DNA of 47,383 bases from positions 1 through 47,383 of the IMG/VR virus record IMGVR_UViG_3300006872_000012; one strand, written 5' to 3'. The notes under the pieces were generated by a model. The model was not told where the DNA came from. It was given only the letters and a program-made list of their open reading frames with translations, and did not search any database. This DNA comes from a virus. Taxonomy: Duplodnaviria; Caudoviricetes. Both the position numbers and the translations under genes were made by a program. Positions 44,169-47,383 of the stretch are shown in pieces. Within the stretch, counting starts at the first letter, position 1, and each line of letters starts with the position of its first letter.

Positions 44169-44896
44169 CGTCGCGCCTGGCTTTCTTCGCGGAGGAACAC
44201 GCGCACGCCCGGGATTTGCACCGTGTCGGGCGCGCTCTTGCCCGCCTGCTTCACCACGGCGGCGATCGCGGCCTCGTTGACGACCCAGAACTCGTCCGGG
44301 ATCAGCGCGCGATCGACGATCTCGAACGCGGGAACCTCGCGCCACGAAAGGCTGCCGCCGCCCGCTGCGCGCACGGTCTTCGGCGGCGCGATGGCGGGCG
44401 CCGCGGCGACCTCCTCCGCCTGTTGTGCGGCCACTTCCGCCGACACGTCCGCGAACGGATCCTCGGTGGCGGTGGGGTCGGCGGACTTCAGAGCCTCGGC
44501 GGAGGCGCGCGCTTTGGCCGCGGCTTCCGCGGCCTCGCGCTGGCGCCGATCGCTTTCTGCGCGGACCCTGTTGCGCCACGCCAAGCACCGCTGTTCCAGC
44601 TGCTTTGCGGCCGTCGCGAGCGGATCCTGCGCCGCCTTGTAGAAGGCGTCGACCTTGCGGCCGAACTCCAGTGCGGGCTTTTTCACGGCTTCGCGACGGG
44701 CCTCGAGGTCCTTCCAGATGCCGCGTGCGGCGACGATGCCAGCGCTCGCGCGCTCGTTGGTCTCGTCGTCCGTGACCTGGATCTCCGCGAGATCGCGCGC
44801 GAGCATGCGCGCCTCGGTGAGCTTGTTGAGCGTGATGGCGTCCTGGTCGGGCGCTTCGAGCGTCGCGGGGGCGATGGTGGGGAGGTCGACGCTCAC
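44165..44896 (-). CDS. Coiled-coil recombination-module protein (Gam/Gp157-like)
   Basis: LEARREAVKKP..VDAFYK; C-terminal FEIVD..LIP.EF..IPGVRVF. Confidence 0.65.
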   Translation of the reverse strand: MSVDLPTIAPATLEAPDQDAITLNKLTEARMLARDLAEIQVTDDETNERASAGIVAARGIWKDLEARREAVKKPALEFGRKVDAFYKAAQDPLATAAKQLEQRCLAWRNRVRAESDRRQREAAEAAAKARASAEALKSADPTATEDPFADVSAEVAAQQAEEVAAAPAIAPPKTVRAAGGGSLSWREVPAFEIVDRALIPDEFWVVNEAAIAAVVKQAGKSAPDTVQIPGVRVFLREESQARR

Positions 44897-45891
44897 GCTG
44901 CACCTCCCATTGGCTCCGAGGCTGCGATGCGCTCGCGCGCCGCGCAGGCGTCCGCGTACAGCAGGTTCAGCGCCGCGCGCGACAGCTCCGCAATCCTGGT
45001 GATTCCAGCCGCCTTCAGCGCGGCGCCCGCAAGGCGCTTCACCTCCGCGGACAGCGCTTGGCTCTGCGGCGTGCCGTTGCCCCGCGCCATCGTGTTCAGC
45101 GATGCGATGGCGTCCGCCGGCTCGAGATCGAGCGCCGGGGCGGGCGCGGGCGACGCCTCGGTGGGGGTGCCGTCCGCAAAGGCCTCAGCGACGGAGGCTG
45201 TGTCCGCGCCGGCGGGCGGGGCGGCTTCGGCGGCGACGGCTTGCTTGAGGGCCTCGACGCGCGATGGGGCCGGTGGCGGTGCGTCGGCGCGGGGCGGGTC
45301 GACGACCGCGACGTCGAGGACGTCCTGCGATTCCTCGGCGCATGCGATGCCGCGGAGCGCGTCGGCGAACGCATCCCGGAGCGCGAACGCCCGCGCCCGC
45401 AGCTGCAGCATGCGCTTCGGGTACTGCGTCCACGGCCCTTGCTTGCCGTCGAGGCCGGCCTGCTTCGCATCGTTCATCGAGAACGTGCGCGTGACCGGCT
45501 TCATGCCGCGGCGCTTCACGGTGCAGGTCGCGGTCCGGAGATTCTTGTCGTCCGGCGCCTGCTCGTCGTAGCCCTCCCATTCGGCGTGCGCCATGCACAC
45601 GGCGAGCATCGCGTCGCCCCAGAGCGACGGGCGGCCGTTGATGACGGCGATGTTCTGGAGGCTCGCCAGCGGGCCGAGGCCGACTTCGGCGCCCATGGCC
45701 ATCGCGACGAGCACCGCCTGCGGCTTGTTTTCGTAGCCCTTCGGCGCGAGGCCGCTGGCGGCGATGTAGCCCGCGAGCTTGATGGCCTGGTCGAAGCTCG
45801 CCGGCTCGTACCACGCGCCGAGGCGCCGGAGGGCGCTGCTCGCGGGCGCGGTGGTGGGAGGAACGGTCGCGGGAACGGATTCGGTCGACAC
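44893..45891 (-). CDS. recT: RecT-like single-strand annealing protein
   Basis: GAEVGLGPLASLQNIAVINGRPSLWGD, GPWTQYPKRML..RA..FALRDAF.D. Confidence 0.85.
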   Translation of the reverse strand: MSTESVPATVPPTTAPASSALRRLGAWYEPASFDQAIKLAGYIAASGLAPKGYENKPQAVLVAMAMGAEVGLGPLASLQNIAVINGRPSLWGDAMLAVCMAHAEWEGYDEQAPDDKNLRTATCTVKRRGMKPVTRTFSMNDAKQAGLDGKQGPWTQYPKRMLQLRARAFALRDAFADALRGIACAEESQDVLDVAVVDPPRADAPPPAPSRVEALKQAVAAEAAPPAGADTASVAEAFADGTPTEASPAPAPALDLEPADAIASLNTMARGNGTPQSQALSAEVKRLAGAALKAAGITRIAELSRAALNLLYADACAARERIAASEPMGGAA

Positions 45892-45893
45892 GG

Positions 45894-46805
45894 TCAGCAC
45901 TCCTTGGAAAACGACGTCTTGAACAACCGATGACCCCGCCGGCTGGCCCGCCAGGTGACGGTGCCGAGCGAGGTTGCAATCCCTTCGTGCGCGCCGATCA
46001 GCGCGCACACGTCGGCCTTGGCCGACGCGTACTCCGCGTCCGCAGCGGTCTGTGCCCGATCGGCGACTGCAAGGCGGCCGACGAGTTCCAGCGCGCGCTC
46101 GTCCTCGGTGACGAGCATGCGATCGGTCGGATGGGGGTGCTTCGCTTCCGCGAAGCGTTGGCGGGACGCGGCGGAGCCACCTTCGGGCGGGACATCCGCG
46201 AGCACGTGCTCGACCCAGAAACGCCGCTCCTGCTCGATCAACCACGCGAGGACCTGTGGGTCGGCCTGCACGCGGTAGGTGCGAAACTCGAAGCGATCGC
46301 CGCCGATGAGCACCGGGAAGTCCCACCACGGCACGCGGAAGACCGCGGCGTAGTGGAGTCCCTGGAACAGGTACTCGTCGGGGATCTCGTCGGTGCCCTC
46401 GCGGCCCCAGGCGTAGGCGGCTGCGCCGCTCGCCGTCTTGGCATCGGCGCCGCCCACGCACTCGATGCCGCGCACGGAGCGGGTGACGTGATGCGTCGCC
46501 GAAACGAGCGCGTCCGGGTTGGCCAGCATCCACGCGTGCTGGGGATGCCGAAACGGCCCGCGCAGGAGCAAGGCCTCGCCGCGCACGAGGATCGCGCCCG
46601 TGGTCGCCGCGTACTCGTCGAGCACGTAGTCCTCGAGCCGCCGGCCGCGCGCGGTCGCCTTGGTGTCGACGTCCGCGGCGGGCACGCGGCCCGTCTTCTC
46701 CAGCCACAGGCCGAGCGGGTCCTGGTAGCGGGAACGGCCGACGACGGCCGCTGCATCGCTGCCACCGATCCCGCGTCGGCGCTGGGCATGGAGTGCGGCG
46801 TTCAT
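45894..46805 (-). CDS. YqaJ/lambda-exonuclease family recombinase
   Basis: RRRGIGGSDAAAV, W.EKTG, G..LE, LANPD, DAKT, Y..Q..HY. Confidence 0.92.
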   Translation of the reverse strand: MNAALHAQRRRGIGGSDAAAVVGRSRYQDPLGLWLEKTGRVPAADVDTKATARGRRLEDYVLDEYAATTGAILVRGEALLLRGPFRHPQHAWMLANPDALVSATHHVTRSVRGIECVGGADAKTASGAAAYAWGREGTDEIPDEYLFQGLHYAAVFRVPWWDFPVLIGGDRFEFRTYRVQADPQVLAWLIEQERRFWVEHVLADVPPEGGSAASRQRFAEAKHPHPTDRMLVTEDERALELVGRLAVADRAQTAADAEYASAKADVCALIGAHEGIATSLGTVTWRASRRGHRLFKTSFSKEC

Positions 46806-47080
46806 CGCGCGCCAGGGCTCCGGCGGAGTGCCTCGGTCGCGCGGAGCCGCGCGCGCAGCCGCTGCAGCAACGCCCGCTCGCGCTCGCGCCGCTCGCGGAA
46901 GCGGATCATCTCCGCGCGCGCCACCAGGTCGGGCACGTCATGGCCGAGTGCGATGGCCTCAGCGGCGGCGCCGGAGCGCGAGCGGCAGACGGCGACCAGC
47001 GGTCCGAGGAAGGCCGTGGGAAGGGCCGCCGCGAATACGACGCAGCCGAGCCCCTGAAGGATCAGTTGGGGGAGGCTCAT
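46802..47080 (-). CDS. Hypothetical membrane protein
   Basis: N-terminal hydrophobic helix; ATGA coupling. Confidence 0.55.
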   Translation of the reverse strand: MSLPQLILQGLGCVVFAAALPTAFLGPLVAVCRSRSGAAAEAIALGHDVPDLVARAEMIRFRERRERERALLQRLRARLRATEALRRSPGAR

Positions 47081-47383
47081 GGCGCGCTCCCCGCGAGCGG
47101 TCGGGCCGCGGCGTCGCCGCGCGCCGCCTCCGCGGCTTGGCGCCGCGCGTCCCGCTCCGCGATCGCATCCCCGAGGGCGGCGTAGAGCTGGTCGAGGACA
47201 CCACCGGGCGTGGGGGGCAGCGCAACCCGCAGGTGCAGGTCGCCGCCGGTGATCTCGGTGGCATACGGTTCGACGGTCAGCACAACGACGTCGCCATCGG
47301 TCGGCGCCGTGGCGCGGACGACGGCCATCGGCACGGCGTGCGTGTCCAGCCGGACGGTCACCGCGAGTTCGCGCACCGGGTCG
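47077..47383 (-). CDS. Hypothetical protein, probably 5'-truncated by the window end
   Basis: Frame is open to the window edge; ATGA-coupled to the next gene. Confidence 0.55.
   Translation of the reverse strand, partial: DPVRELAVTVRLDTHAVPMAVVRATAPTDGDVVVLTVEPYATEITGGDLHLRVALPPTPGGVLDQLYAALGDAIAERDARRQAAEAARGDAAARPLAGSAP

Larger units (their letters stand above)
1..47383 (-). mobile_element. Tailed phage/prophage genome (siphovirus-type), near-complete and circularly permuted
   Basis: Recombination, replication, packaging, head and tail modules in canonical order; no host housekeeping genes seen in the window. Confidence 0.95.

Noticed and set aside
1-47383. CRISPR array, diversity-generating retroelement or retron
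   Set aside because: No regularly spaced repeats, reverse transcriptase motifs or adenine-specific TR/VR pair seen

Overview
The whole window looks like a near-complete, circularly permuted, very GC-rich tailed (siphovirus-type) phage or prophage genome, with almost all core genes on the minus strand. The host is plausibly a planctomycete (inference only). Reading the minus strand from 47383 down, the early/replication block contains a YqaJ exonuclease, RecT-like annealase, SSB-like protein, RusA, tRNA-Arg(UCU), a DUF1376-type initiator with internal iterons and a XerC/D-like recombinase. A late block follows: a large secreted protein, a metacaspase, holin/spanin-like membrane genes, a sigma-70 factor, TerS/TerL, a lipobox beta-helix protein, portal, MuF, scaffold, P22-type coat protein, neck genes and tail tube. 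About 7.5 kb of morons then split the tail operon, followed by tail chaperone, tape measure, a GTA-like tail tip (DUF2460, DUF2163, NlpC/P60, hub) and two DUF2793 proteins. A Cro-like HTH gene near position 550 starts an operon that probably wraps round to the window end. The most notable oddities are four. (1) A 113-nt tRNA-Thr(CGU) has an otherwise perfect cloverleaf but a 41-nt double-hairpin variable region. (2) A catalytically intact caspase-family protease sits in the lysis-cassette position and no endolysin is recognisable. (3) A repeated TGCCACCA promoter-like motif may be the regulon of the phage sigma factor. (4) A protease cassette is flanked by a duplicated 5' end of the tail chaperone gene. 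All family assignments are from motif recognition by eye, not database searches.
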